A stretch of 63,039 nt of DNA, filler included, from Octopus bimaculoides (lineage: Eukaryota): assembly GCF_001194135.2 (NCBI RefSeq). It is 4 parts of 4 records of this genome, joined end to end, with 100 filler letters (N's around TTAATTAATTAA, not from the genome) between each part and the next. Parts side by side here need not be neighbours in the genome. Positions count along the whole stretch, not along the records: positions 33,354 to 56,052 come from NC_068983.1; positions 56,153 to 63,039 come from NC_068998.1; 2 more parts are not named here. The stretch is one strand, 5' to 3'. A program made the translations under genes and the position numbers. This document shows, piece after piece, positions 50,901 through 63,039 of the stretch. The notes under the pieces are model-generated. The model was not told the origin of the DNA and made no database searches. It saw nothing but the letters and a program-made list of their open reading frames with translations. Position 1 is the stretch's first letter; every line of letters begins with the position of its first letter.

Positions 50901-52066
50901 TATTGCAGTACACTGCAGCTTTAATGCGAGACAAGCACAAGTTTTTATATTTTTTTATGTTGAAAGAAAGAGCAGCACACACATCAGATTCATTCGCTTG
51001 ACCTCGGTACAATATGCTGCATGCTAAGATAAAGTAAAGAGAAATTATATTGTCTGACGATGCAGGAGACTGCCAAAGTAACTGGAAGGATCTTCAGACC
51101 TCGCAGTATCATCTAACTTATACAGGACATAAAGCATCGTATCAAGCACATGCCCTTCATTACGACTTCTGTCCTAGTACGATCTTATGCTACCAACTAT
51201 ATCACTTTCTTCCCTTTGGACCTTGCTGGCAATTTCAAAGATGTGATGAGATTTGCATAATTTCAATGAAATACGAACATGCTAGTTAAACATATACACA
51301 CATATTTAATGTGCCTATGTTATGTATATGTTGTTGGTTGGCTGATGAATCCTTTGAAGTTTTCTGCGCATTAATAGCTCTTGTATCACATTTTGTCATG
51401 TATCCAAAATCACTCTCCATGCCAAGCGAAGTTGGGTGGGATTGCCAGTTCAGTTGTCGACGAAGCAAGCGTGCAAAACGTTGTTATGGATCACGTGTTA
51501 CCTGTAGTGCTCTCAAGTGACATGGCTACACACATGTGAACAAACACATATACGCACACACACACACACACACGCGCGCGCACATGGATGTATCTACACA
51601 TTTACAAGGGCATCGAAATTGTGAGGGATTTTAGTCGATAACTGATGAGGAATGACCATGTCCACGTCTTCTGTGTGCGTGCTTCCTATTCTCCGTATGT
51701 TCCACCATCATCTTTCCGTGCAACATTTTACTATAGGAGGGTGAGGGATGAATTAGTAACCGGGGCAAAATAAGTAACTGCTGAATTCTTATTCTTTTCC
51801 TACCTGTTTGAAATCATTGCATTGCAAGTATAACATCATCATTTTGTATTACTACATTATATTTATGAGTAAAATTGTTCAGTATGGACATTGTTGTTGA
51901 AGCTGAGGGAGTTCGGAACATAGTTAGGTGGTAGGGTCTCTTTTATCAAGAAATCTTTCCTCAACTTCGACCCGATTGTAATTGAGGTTGCTAATAAAAT
52001 ATATGGATAATATTTGGTTTTTAAGTCACAATATTATTTTCTCTGTTGGATTTCAAGTCATCTTTT

Positions 52067-52125
52067 TCACAACCATCGGAGCACGAAGCGCTCCTCGTGA
52101 GCGCAGGTTCGTGAGATGGTTGTGA
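52067..52125. other. GC-rich nested stem-loop
   Basis: TCACAACCATC / GATGGTTGTGA (11 bp), ACGAA / TTCGT and GCGCTC / GAGCGC around a 5-nt loop. Confidence 0.6.
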
Positions 52126-53526
52126 TCTGTAAACAGTTTTGAGTACAAACCGGAAAAAGAAGTATGAACACGCAGTGCGTACGTGCACACCGAATTCGTA
52201 AAACGGTAGAGAAAAATAAAAACGCAATGCGCATGTCAAAATAAAAATGGAGGAGAATAATAAAGACACTGTCTCGAACAAATTATATGGTGGTCTGCAT
52301 GTCCCGTCTGACACCACTATCATGTAGGTTTGCCGCAATTTTCTTGTTTCCAATACTAATATCCAATTTGATAATTCCCAAGTTTCAAAAATGTGTCTAA
52401 AATGGGGTAAAATGAGTAATGTCTTAATTTCAATAATTTCTTCTCCTTAACTGCATGAGAAGTAAATATATCACGAGGAGGACACTCCAGCAAATCGTGA
52501 AGGAGCTATAGAGAATATTTTATGTTGAATTTTTAAAAATCTTTTATTTAATCGAGTATAGTTAATTTCATATCATATGCCATTCTCCCCTGACCCTTTT
52601 CATTTGACCAAGGTATTTAAAATAGTTTTTGCATTTCTGATCTTTCTGATGTCTAGTGATGGATATTACTGTGTATGAGTGTGTTTTCTGGAGAAGTGAA
52701 GCGGCAAATTGGCTTAGTCATTTTGTCCCAGCCAAATTTGTCTTTTATATGCTCAAAGAGAACGGTGATAATTTTCTGAAATAGAAATCAGATTACGTTA
52801 TAATGCTTTTAATGCATTTAGAGAAGGTCATTTGCTTAGCTGACATAGTTTTTTGTTAAGTAGTGAACATTTGTAAAATATATATTTTGTCTCAAAGTCA
52901 AAATTCCAGTAAAAAGACCTCACCCCCACCCCATACAGCCTCATCCACATGCATTATTATTCAATGATTAGAATACCCCATTGACTGAACAACTTGAATA
53001 CTTAATGTGAAAGCCAACGAAGAGGCGAATTGCTGATGCAACTGTTTGTATATTTATACGTTGTAGGAAAGTTAAATATCAATGTAAGTTTATGGCTCTC
53101 GACTATGACAGTCAATTAAGATATTACGTAATGTTTGATGTGTACATACATAAATGCTTTTTTATATGCATAAATATATACATGCATATATATATATATA
53201 CATATATNNNNNNNNNNNNNNNNNNNNNNNNNNNNNNNNNNNNNNNNNNNNNNNNNNNNNNNNNNNNNNNNNNNNNNNNNNNNNNNNNNNNNNNNNNNNN
53301 NNNNNNNNNNNNNNNNNNNNNNNNNNNNNNNNNNNNNNNNNNNNNNNNNNNNNNNNNNNNNNNNNNNNNNNNNNNNNNNNNNNNNNNNNNNNNNNNNNNN
53401 NNNNNNNNNNNNNNNNNNNNNNNNNNNNNNNNNNNNNNNNNNNNNNNNNNNNNNNNNNNNNNNNNNNNNNNNNNNNNNNNNNNNNNNNNNNNNNNNNNNN
53501 NNNNNNNNNNNNNNNNNNNNNNNNNN

Positions 53527-53628
53527 AATGTGCAACAAGGTGGAAAAAAGAGTACTCAAATACCAGAAGTAGAGTAATTACTCTACCTCTGGTATTTGAG
53601 TACTCTTTTTTCCACCTTGTTGCACATT
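53527..53628. repeat. 102-bp near-perfect palindrome without spacer (likely MITE core)
   Basis: 51-bp arms with one mismatch; the left flank is lost in an N gap. Confidence 0.85.
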
Positions 53629-53648
53629 TCATGTGCTTACTCCGGTAT

Positions 53649-53693
<45 letters not shown>

Positions 53694-54637
53694 TAGATAA
53701 ATATCCACTTTAGTGGTCAACGTTATATATAAAAATATATATGTATATATGTGTGTGTATAATATATATGTATCTATGTATATATATATATATATGTATG
53801 TGTGTGTCTGTGTGTGTGTGTGTGTGTGTGGGTGTGTGTGTATGTATATACTGCATATTATGGTTACAAGTGTCTGAGGAATGCTCAAGCATTTACATCA
53901 TTTGTCAATGATTAGGGTGTCGTATGATCGAAAAACCAGAATATTTGATGACAGAACCAACTGTGAGTTCAATTATTTATAATAAGTTGTACCATGTTAA
54001 TCCATAGTGATCTGGTGTCTCTCTCGTTTAGAGGCCACCACATCTATGAAATGCAGTTTGGATACACTTGTAGACATTAACTTTTACTTTAAAATCACCA
54101 TTGTACCACTGTAGATTAAAGGCTAGAAAAACTTTGAGCTCGACAACATCACAGATTTAAAAAAATTAGTGCGTCAAGTAAACGGAGTTTAAAAGCCTGT
54201 ATTTGCACATATAAAACCTAATCTAATAAGGACCCTCTCCATATGAAAATATTTTCCAAAACAAACGCGCTCGCGCACACACAAACCTTGCATGAATTAC
54301 AAAGTGCATCGCACTCAAGACTTTTACAAGGCAGCTTCACAAAACTTGTAAAAGCTCCACTCCGAATGCATGTAATATAATCAAATAACGATGAAAAATC
54401 GCAACAAACCTAATGACAATAACAAAATAGAAAGGACCGTCTAGCCATGTGCAAATCATTCGTGATCTTGAAGGACCACAAAGATAATCTTATAAAAGCA
54501 AATCAGTAAATGATTAACTAGGCATACTTTTAATGATTAAACGTATAACGAAAAGTAAATGATAAGACAGTAACTGATCTACACAAGGATAGAGATGTAA
54601 GTAATATCATTAACTGTTAACCAGTGCAGGCTATATT

Positions 54638-54851
54638 CTTTTCTACTCAAGGCACAAGGTCCGAAATTTGGGGGGAGGGGGACAGTCGATTAGATCGACC
54701 CCAGTACGCAACTGGTACTTAATTTATCGACCCTGAAAGGATGAAAGGCAAAGTCGACCTCGGTGGAATTTGAACTCAGAACGTAAAGACAGACGAAATA
54801 CCACTATGCATCACGCCCGGCGTGCTAACGTTTCTGCCAGCTCGCTGTCTT
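54638..54851 (-). mobile_element. Near full-length SINE family A, alternative tail, with TSD
   Basis: TSD AGTGCAG(G/A)CTATATT at 54623-54637 and 54852-54866. Confidence 0.85.
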
Positions 54852-55286
54852 AGTGCAGACTATATTGAAGTAACACTGGAAGTGTCTTCCACATGATAAG
54901 CTTAATGCGTAATCGAATGATTAAAACAGTATGTAATGCTACTTGTAGAAAATGGTAGACGTGCGTATAAAAATATAAATTGCAGTACTATCGAGGGTAG
55001 TTCGCGTGTAACATTGCGTAATATTGTTTAAATGTTGTACGAAAATTTCAATAAAATGTAATTCCAAAAGAGTCGACATAATGGTGTAAAGATGGGGGAA
55101 TTAGTTGTTTAGGAAATGCTAACAATATTTACTGTACCACTGTATCGATCTGATTATCATACACCGTTGGTCACACACCGCTGTTCACAATGTACTTCCT
55201 CGCATTGTTACAGCCTTCGAATGATGCCACTTTGCTGACTAGGTGGGCAGGCCAACATACCCACTGAACGGAACGCCAGTCCGACG

Positions 55287-55397
55287 CAAAACTACCCGTT
55301 TACTGTAAAGTTACCCATTTACCGTAAAGTTATCCGTTTAACATAAAGTTACCCGTTTACCGCAAAGTTACTCGTTTAACGTGAAGTTACCCGCTTA
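55287..55397. repeat. 19-bp tandem repeat inside a family B SINE
   Basis: About 6 variants of AAAGTTACCCGTTTACCGT. Confidence 0.8.
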
Positions 55398-55875
55398 GTG
55401 CTGAGTGAACTGAGTAACGTGAAATGAAGTGTTTTGTTCAAGAATACAACACTCCGCTGGTCTGGGAACTCCCTGACCACAAGGTCACGCATCTTCACAA
55501 CAGAGCATTAAAAATATCAAAATGGTTAAAATATGACAAGTCTGCTGACCTTATAGCCAGACTATAATTCTAGATTTATACTGTATTTATTAGACCATTT
55601 AGTTTTGTAGCTAATTACTTCAATAATATCTTGAGAAGCTTGGATTTACAAAACCGTTTAGGGTACGGCTGATTGGATAATTACAACTATAAACCATTAT
55701 TGGATCTGCAAAAATATAGAAAATATTCAAGATGTTTAGCTTCTAATATGGACACAAATACGCTTATAGACATACATACATACATACATTGTATGCGCAT
55801 CTGTCCCTCCGTCTGTCTGTCTACCTGTCTGTCTTTCTGTCTACCTGTCTGTCTGTCTGTCTATCTACTTGTCTG

Positions 55876-55933
<58 letters not shown>

Positions 55934-55934
55934 G

Positions 55935-56052
55935 TGAGCCGAGGTGCAGTGACATTGCTGGAGAAAGACCCAAACAAGGGGAATTTTATAGATAATTTCA
56001 GGCCCATCACTCTGCTCAACGCAGATTTGAAAATTTTGGCCAAAGTAATAGC
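55935..56052 (+). mobile_element. L1/Tx1-type LINE reverse transcriptase fragment
   Basis: Encodes RGAVTLLEKDPNKGNFIDNFRPITLLNADLKILAKVI; cut by a gap. Confidence 0.85.
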
Positions 56053-56096
56053 NNNNNNNNNNNNNNNNNNNNNNNNNNNNNNNNNNNNNNNNNNNN

Positions 56097-56108
56097 TTAA
56101 TTAATTAA
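56097..56108. other. Artificial six-frame stop linker in gap
   Basis: N44-TTAATTAATTAA-N44. Confidence 0.85.
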
Positions 56109-56152
56109 NNNNNNNNNNNNNNNNNNNNNNNNNNNNNNNNNNNNNNNNNNNN

Positions 56153-56195
<43 letters not shown>

Positions 56196-56199
56196 CAGT

Positions 56200-56350
56200 T
56201 TCAAAGAAACACAAAAAACAAAAACAAAAAACTCAGGACGTGATACGGATAGTGTTATTGGACGCTCGGGAAAGGAAAGAGAGAGCGAGTATGACGTTTC
56301 GGGTGGACCCTTCGTCAGAAAGACGGAAAGTTCAAAGAATGGAAAAACGG
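56200..56350 (-). mobile_element. Penelope-like terminal repeat fragment with hammerhead-like motif
   Basis: Minus strand reads CTGACGA-A-GGG-TCCA-CCC-GAAA-CG-TC at 56293-56318. The adjacent ggacgtgatacggatagtgttattggacgctcgggaaagg is shared with 2960-3000. Confidence 0.6.
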
Positions 56351-56819
56351 AGGAAGAGAAAAATGGCACCGATGCCCACGAGGTTACATTGTGGAAGGAC
56401 CGGAAGAAGAGGTGGTGGAGGAAAAGTTCTTTGTAAGACAGAAGAGTGAAAATGGGANNNNNNNNNNNNNNNNNNNNNNNNNNNNNNNNNNNNNNNNNNN
56501 NNNNNNNNNNNNNNNNNNNNNNNNNNNNNNNNNNNNNNNNNNNNNNNNNNNNNNNNNNNNNNNNNNNNNNNNNNNNNNNNNNNNNNNNNNNNNNNNNNNN
56601 NNNNNNNNNNNNNNNNNNNNNNNNNNNNNNNNNNNNNNNNNNNNNNNNNNNNNNNNNNNNNNNNNNNNNNNNNNNNNNNNNNNNNNNNNNNNNNNNNNNN
56701 NNNNNNNNNNNNNNNNNNNNNNNNNNNNNNNNNNNNNNNNNNNNNNNNNNNNNNNNNNNNNNNNNNNNNNNNNNNNNNNNNNNNNNNNNNNNNNNNNNNN
56801 NNNNNNNNNNNNNNNNNNN

Positions 56820-56856
<37 letters not shown>

Positions 56857-56991
56857 ATATATATATATATAATATAAACGTACTTCTAACAAAACTCCTC
56901 GCTTAATAAATGAAAAATTGCATTGTAAATAAACGACGCATAGAAACATACCTATCATGATTGTACATCCGGATGGAAGACACACACAGAA

Positions 56992-57110
56992 GGCCCCTAA
57001 TTCGTCATCAGTTATCAACCAAAATGTTAATTTTCAGTTTTGTAGCATTAATGATTAGAGTGAATACTTCACTGAATTTTGGTTGATAACTGGTGAGGAA
57101 TTAGGGACCC
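56992..57110. mobile_element. Small MITE-like inverted repeat
   Basis: About 34-bp arms cccctaattcgtcatcagttatcaaccaaaat / attttggttgataactggtgaggaattaggg. Confidence 0.6.
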
Positions 57111-59889
57111 TAACTTTCTGTGTCCCATTGATTTTATACTCAGTATAATGCATTTTTCATTTATTACAAATATATACATTTATAAATTCAATGTTTTTAA
57201 AATATGAAATATTTTCTTTATAAAGAACCTGAACATACTTGCAGTAGTATATGTCGATTTTATGTAAGGGATATATATCCATACATTTTTTACAATATTT
57301 CCTTCCCGGTTCGTAGCAAAATTCTGATACCGCAGAATAGAGATCTGGCCAGACTTGACAAGAATATTTAATTTTATTTAGCCATATAATAAATAGTAGA
57401 GATAGTCTCTGACTGCCGTTTCTTCAATATCGTACTATTAAAAATATTAAATCCCAGTACTAAAGATATTAATAAAAATAGTCTTAATAACGAAAGCAAA
57501 GTTGCTTGCAGTAGAATTTGTCAATTTCAAGTAGAAGATATCTTCTCATAACTCTCTCGCAAATGCCTTTGAAAATATCGTAGCATGTATCATAAAATTT
57601 CACAGCATCTATAAATTGAAGAACGTGTGATTTATTCAATAGATATTTATTTTTCATCGTTTCCTTTATTTCACTCATTCGATATTTGTCATACTTTGGT
57701 ACTGGCTTCATGTGTTTACGGTTAGATAGTCATTTATAGTGAGGGAAAACGGATGCTAGCAATTCCAAATTTGGACAAATGATGAGAGAAGGAATGGGGT
57801 AATATATTCTGGAGAGGGAGAAAGATAGGTAGATGGTAGTTTTGTATTCGTTATATTCTTATCACTACAGCAAGTGCTACAACTGTCCATTAAATGAAGC
57901 GCAAGGGTGAAGAAAGAGAAGTGTTATGGTAGAGGGAAAGTGAAAGAAACAAATCTTACCATAAACTGAAGGAGAAGAAGAAGAAGAAGAAGAAGAAGAA
58001 GAAGAAGAAGAAGANNNNNNNNNNNNNNNNNNNNNNNNNNNNNNNNNNNNNNNNNNNNNNNNNNNNNNNNNNNNNNNNNNNNNNNNNNNNNNNNNNNNNN
58101 NNNNNNNNNNNNNNGAATGAATAGATTCATATATATGGCGCATTTGTTCTTTATCCTGAAAATTGATCCCGGAGAGTATACCAGGCGTAACGTGGCAACT
58201 TGTGCTTCGAATCGTATTAATGATTCTGCCGATCTTTCAACATATTCAAAAATAGTTAATGATTAATTCAACTAAGAGAAATAATTATTTTTACTTGTGG
58301 CACGAGACCTGATATTTAGGGAGAAAGTGCTAACGGATTACATCGACGACACTGCTCAAATCATACTTTTTTGTTTCGACTTCGGATGGACGAAAGATAA
58401 AGTTAATATCTAAAAAATTACAACTCTGGCCATAAAATGACGCAAAATCCACTACGCATTTTGTCCAGTGAGTAAAGAATTGTGCCAGCACGTGACCTTC
58501 AATTTGAAGTTATAGAATCGACACCATAAGAACGAATAAATAATCCGTAAGCAAATTATGCACAATGTTGCAACCTATGTTAAAAAGTACCGTATATGAA
58601 GGATGTTTTCCATATCGTATTGATAAAAGTAAATAACTGCGATTAATATATTAGATATGATACATTATATGCATCGAATGATATTTATTGACATATATTA
58701 TAATTTTATCTCCTTATTTGTCGTTGCTTCTAGTCGTATATTTAGGTTCCAGCTCTGCTTTCATAAATACATGCGGTCGTGTAGTCATTACCTCTACGAA
58801 ATATATAAAAATATGTCATGTGGTACGTTACTTTCTTTATATATTTTAGTATTACGAAACAATGTTTCAAGGAACTGAATTCATACAATCGTTATTTTGC
58901 AATTAATTTTATTACCTAATATTCCAGTGAATACTTCTTCTCAGTGAATTAAACTATTTTATGCAATGAAATGGGTTTCAATAATGTTACAAATATTATT
59001 CGTTAATTATCATTCAGTGAGTCATAACTATAATCACTGTCTATCTTACGGGCGTGTATATTGAATGTAATTGTACGTATTTATAAGGGTATTAGCAATA
59101 AAATTACATTTGTGAAGTCGAATCAATTGTTACATTTAAACTTGCTGTTCAACTTGTTAATTTGCAAATTCATAAAAGTCGAGAAAAATTAAAATAATAA
59201 ATAACCGCATTGTATATTTGATTGAGATTTTTATTAATAGTTGTTTGAAAGCCAATAAATATAAATGGTAAATTTCAAAATGTTACACATCACCATATTT
59301 TTTATATACTCTAGTTGAAATAATTAAGAAACAAGGTGCTCCTACTTCATCCAGTCTTGAGACATTATGCATCCTACTATCTATTCTACTAATATCGCTA
59401 TTCTTTTGATGGAATACCGTCTCAGCTGATGCTTATGGATTTCATGTAAGAATATTCATGAATAAAAGTTGATTTCAAATTTAGTTTAGTTTCTTGTTGT
59501 ACAACGTACCAAACATTTTAATTTCAGTTGAAAAGTGGTGAAATTTGTGAAACACTACATGTACTAAATTATCCTTCGAATATCTGTACACCAAAATTAT
59601 AATTTCAGTGTAATATTGCTGTAATATCATACTTTTATATATAGACGCATTTTACTTCCTGGCATTTTGAATATATAACAGTAACAATCTAAACATTGGA
59701 CACAATCGTGACGGCTATCTGGCAGATTGTAAATATATACATAAGTGTTGAAAGGTTTAAGCGCGTGTATGCGTGTAGTAAGTGGCTTGCTTGATTCCGG
59801 CTTCCGTTCCGCAATGTCTTCTACTATAGCCACGGGCCAACGAAACTTCGCGAGTGAACTTGGTAGGTGTAAACTGAAAGAAGACCATC

Positions 59890-59933
<44 letters not shown>

Positions 59934-60254
59934 GTGTGTGTGTCGCTTGACAATAGATATTGGTGTGTTCACGTGCACGTAACATGGTGTTTGGCGAAAA
60001 GTGGCAGATATAATAAGAATTAGACTTACAAGGAATAAGTGATGGGTGTTGATTTGTTCGACTAAAGACGGTACTCCAGCATGACCGAACTCAAATGACT
60101 GAAACAAGTAAAAAAATCCAAGAATATAAGAATAATATCTCAACTTGATGCATGCATACATAAACACATAAAATAAGTATTCAACTATAAGACTACATAT
60201 AAACTATTCTTGTCCGTTCTATTATTTGATAGAGTAAATTTAAAATGAAATAAT

Positions 60255-60470
60255 AAATGCGCCCTTTCAAAGCCTAACCAGGCTCATGGCTCCGGTTTCC
60301 CGTTTTCAATGGAGTATGTGTTACTCATTTTTGCCAGCTGAGTGGACTGGAGCAACGTGAAATGAAATGTTTTGCTCAAGAACACAACGCGTCACCCGGT
60401 TCAGGAATCGAAACCACAATCTTACGATCAGGATGCTGACACCCTAACCACTAAGCCACGCGTCTCCACG
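60255..60470 (-). mobile_element. SINE family B with another distinct tail
   Basis: Intact tRNA-like head on the minus strand (gtggagacgcgtggcttagtggttagggtgtc...gtttcgattcc). Confidence 0.75.
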
Positions 60471-61233
60471 ATAGAGTAAATTTAGAGATCTTTATATTGG
60501 AACTGTGGTTCTTTCTCAACTTTTGAACATCAGAAAAATTTGTCAAAGCGGTTAAGTCTTCGAAAAGTTTTAATGAAATATCGGAACAAATCTTAGAACA
60601 CTTCTACTTTAATATTTTTCTTATATAATTGTAAATTTATGGAATAAAATAACTGTATACATACATACATGAAACGAAAGCACACAAGTGTGCTTCTACG
60701 TGTGCATGTGTGTATGTGTGTCTGTGTGTATTTCTATGAATACGACTAAATTTTCTACTTTGCTGAGAAGGCAACAATTACCGGTGATTTGCTTTTCGAG
60801 GAAGCCACCCTCGGGCCAGAATATGACTAATAATTTGTTTTATCCCACTAAATCTGTCAAAACCTCCACGGTTTCTAACGTAATACAATGCTCTACTTTG
60901 TAAGAAAAAACATGGCGTTATGTCTCTTCAGGAAGAAACAGTAGGTAAAATATATTTTATAGATTATGAATATCGCGTACATATAATACCTCAAATTGCC
61001 ACGTAACAAAATGAAAATTTCGCTTATGTTCAGTGACATAAAAACGCCCTCCTCCTGTGAGGCTTTTCTATATATAAAGTGTACAGAATATGTATATATT
61101 CATCCGCAGCTCCATCGGCTGAACGCTTCACTTCTTAGCTATCTTCTTCATAAGTGAGTAGATATAATTTCGTTCCTTTCTTTGAACACTTAGTGCACTA
61201 ACGCATGCACACTCACAGACAAACAGACGCGCG

Positions 61234-61284
<51 letters not shown>

Positions 61285-63039
61285 TGCGGTAGAAAAACCT
61301 ACATATATACACACACGCATATATATATATACATATAGACGCACATGTATATGTACACAAATATCTGTTTGCACGTACCACAGCTTCTCGTCGTATTTTT
61401 ATTCTCTTTATCCTCGTTATTTTACGTATTAATTATAAACGCACACAAAGACACATACACACACACACGCACCCACACACACACACACCCCCACACACAT
61501 AATACTCACATGAGTTTGTTCTTATTTTCTTACAGCGTACGCTCACCGTTTAAGGGATTATTTCTGTCCACTATATTGCATTCATGTAATATTATTTAAA
61601 TCATCTGTTCGTGTTCATGTATGAAAATAACCGTTGCCGTAAGGCTTAGATCATCCATTAACTAAGTGTAATCTTAGTACTCCTCATTACACCAGCAGCT
61701 GTTTAATCATCCGTTATCTTCCCTCTACTTATGAAAAATTACGGTCTTCTAAAATATTACTGGTAATCTTGAATTATCATTCATTGACATATTTACTTAG
61801 TCCTGTATAATCACAGTCTATGCTGCAGTAGAAATTAGACCGTAAGAAGTTCTCTGTACGGCTTTCTCATATTTCATCTGCACTCTGTGTGCAGATGAAA
61901 TATGAGAGTGAATAACATTTCCTGTTCCAGACCAGTGAATTGGTGTCCGAAACATCGCAGCAAATCACCAACTTCTCTGTCTACATTTGCAGATACAAAA
62001 TTACCTCAGGATTTCTGCGACAAGCGCTCGTGGCAAGCATTCAAATCTTTTGCAATATGCGATAAATTATCGGCACTAAATCCCGAGTAGCATATTGTTG
62101 AATGTGCTGATACATCTGTTTCGAACAAACTACACGTGACTCTCCATCAGGTACCCGGGTCAAACGAATCATATTCATCTAAACATAAGTATAAACTAAG
62201 AAGGTTTGTCAATAACGGGTGATATAATATAGCAAGAGAAGGACTTGTCTGTTTGCACGAGTAAGAAGATGAATAGAGTATAGATCAATTTACTGGCTCG
62301 AAGAATTTCATCCGGAAAATATTTTGTTACTGAATAATCGCGAAAGGATTGGTCCAACACGCAGTGATGGGATAAGAATAGAAAGTGCAGGAAGTCAGAA
62401 TGAAGTTTTAAGAATTAATGTATTGAACAAAGAGCAATTGGAATGCAAGCTCTGATAATGGTGCGAAACTTCCAGAAATTAACAACACATATAACTGTAA
62501 AAAGAATATTAAAAACATAACCACAAAACAGTATGAATTTCACATCAACAACAGCAACAGGCCTAGAAAATATAATACATAATGCTACAGGTTTCGATCT
62601 CATCATCTTCCACAAAGTTTCCTCACACGACAGCCCAAATAAAAAATAATACCATATTTAGAATATCTGAAATCTTTAATGTATATATGATGCTAGGATT
62701 TTCCACATAAGAAATATTTTATAAAAATACATTTAAATAGTGTACAGGAACGTTTTGTTATAGCAACGTATTTGACAATTAAGAAATTCGCGCCTCTTTA
62801 ATAAATTTCAATTACTATTCTAACAGTTGGAAATGAGTATGACACGAGTAACAACGATGAAATATTCTCTATGTATTCTTCTCCTTGTTCGTAAGTAAAG
62901 TGTAATTTATTTCGTGAAATATTTTATGCGTGATATATAATTTATTTCTTCCTTTCTCGCATTATATGTATGCGTCAGTATGTGAGGGTAAGTACTCGTC
63001 TGTTTTTTTTTTGTAAATTCTCCCATATATATATATATA

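Noticed and set aside
51636-51670. CTGATGA-GGAATG..CATGTCC-ACGTC hammerhead-like motif
   Set aside because: The GAAA core is missing, and the sequence also resembles the arm of the 56992 MITE.
57484-57711. 75-aa minus-strand ORF
   Set aside because: No recognisable homology or splice context.
61900-62640. Higher-complexity region with a short hydrophobic ORF
   Set aside because: Stops in all frames and no identifiable motifs; cannot be supported without a database search.

Overview
Repeat-dense, AT-rich animal DNA with many N gaps, most likely from an Octopus-type cephalopod (inferred from microsatellite density, tRNA-derived SINE families and TTAGGG repeats). One host gene can be supported: a matrix metalloproteinase (M10A matrixin) on the minus strand. 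Four exons were located with consistent splice phases (26517-25879, 22402-22269, 20736-20658, 11959-11820). They encode a signal peptide, an unusual ~190-aa charged extension, the PRCGVPD cysteine switch and the first half of the catalytic domain. An exon needed between the first two is probably in an N gap, and the HExxH and hemopexin exons were not found. The rest is mobile DNA: a decayed Chapaev3-like transposase, several R4/Dong LINE fragments in trinucleotide microsatellites, a decayed CR1/L2-like LINE, mariner remnants and MITEs, modular SINEs, Penelope-type repeats carrying minimal hammerhead ribozyme motifs, and a 2-kb degenerate 33-bp minisatellite. Three N44-TTAATTAATTAA-N44 blocks look like artificial scaffold-join linkers, so contiguity across them is uncertain. 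No prokaryote-type system (CRISPR, operon) is present.
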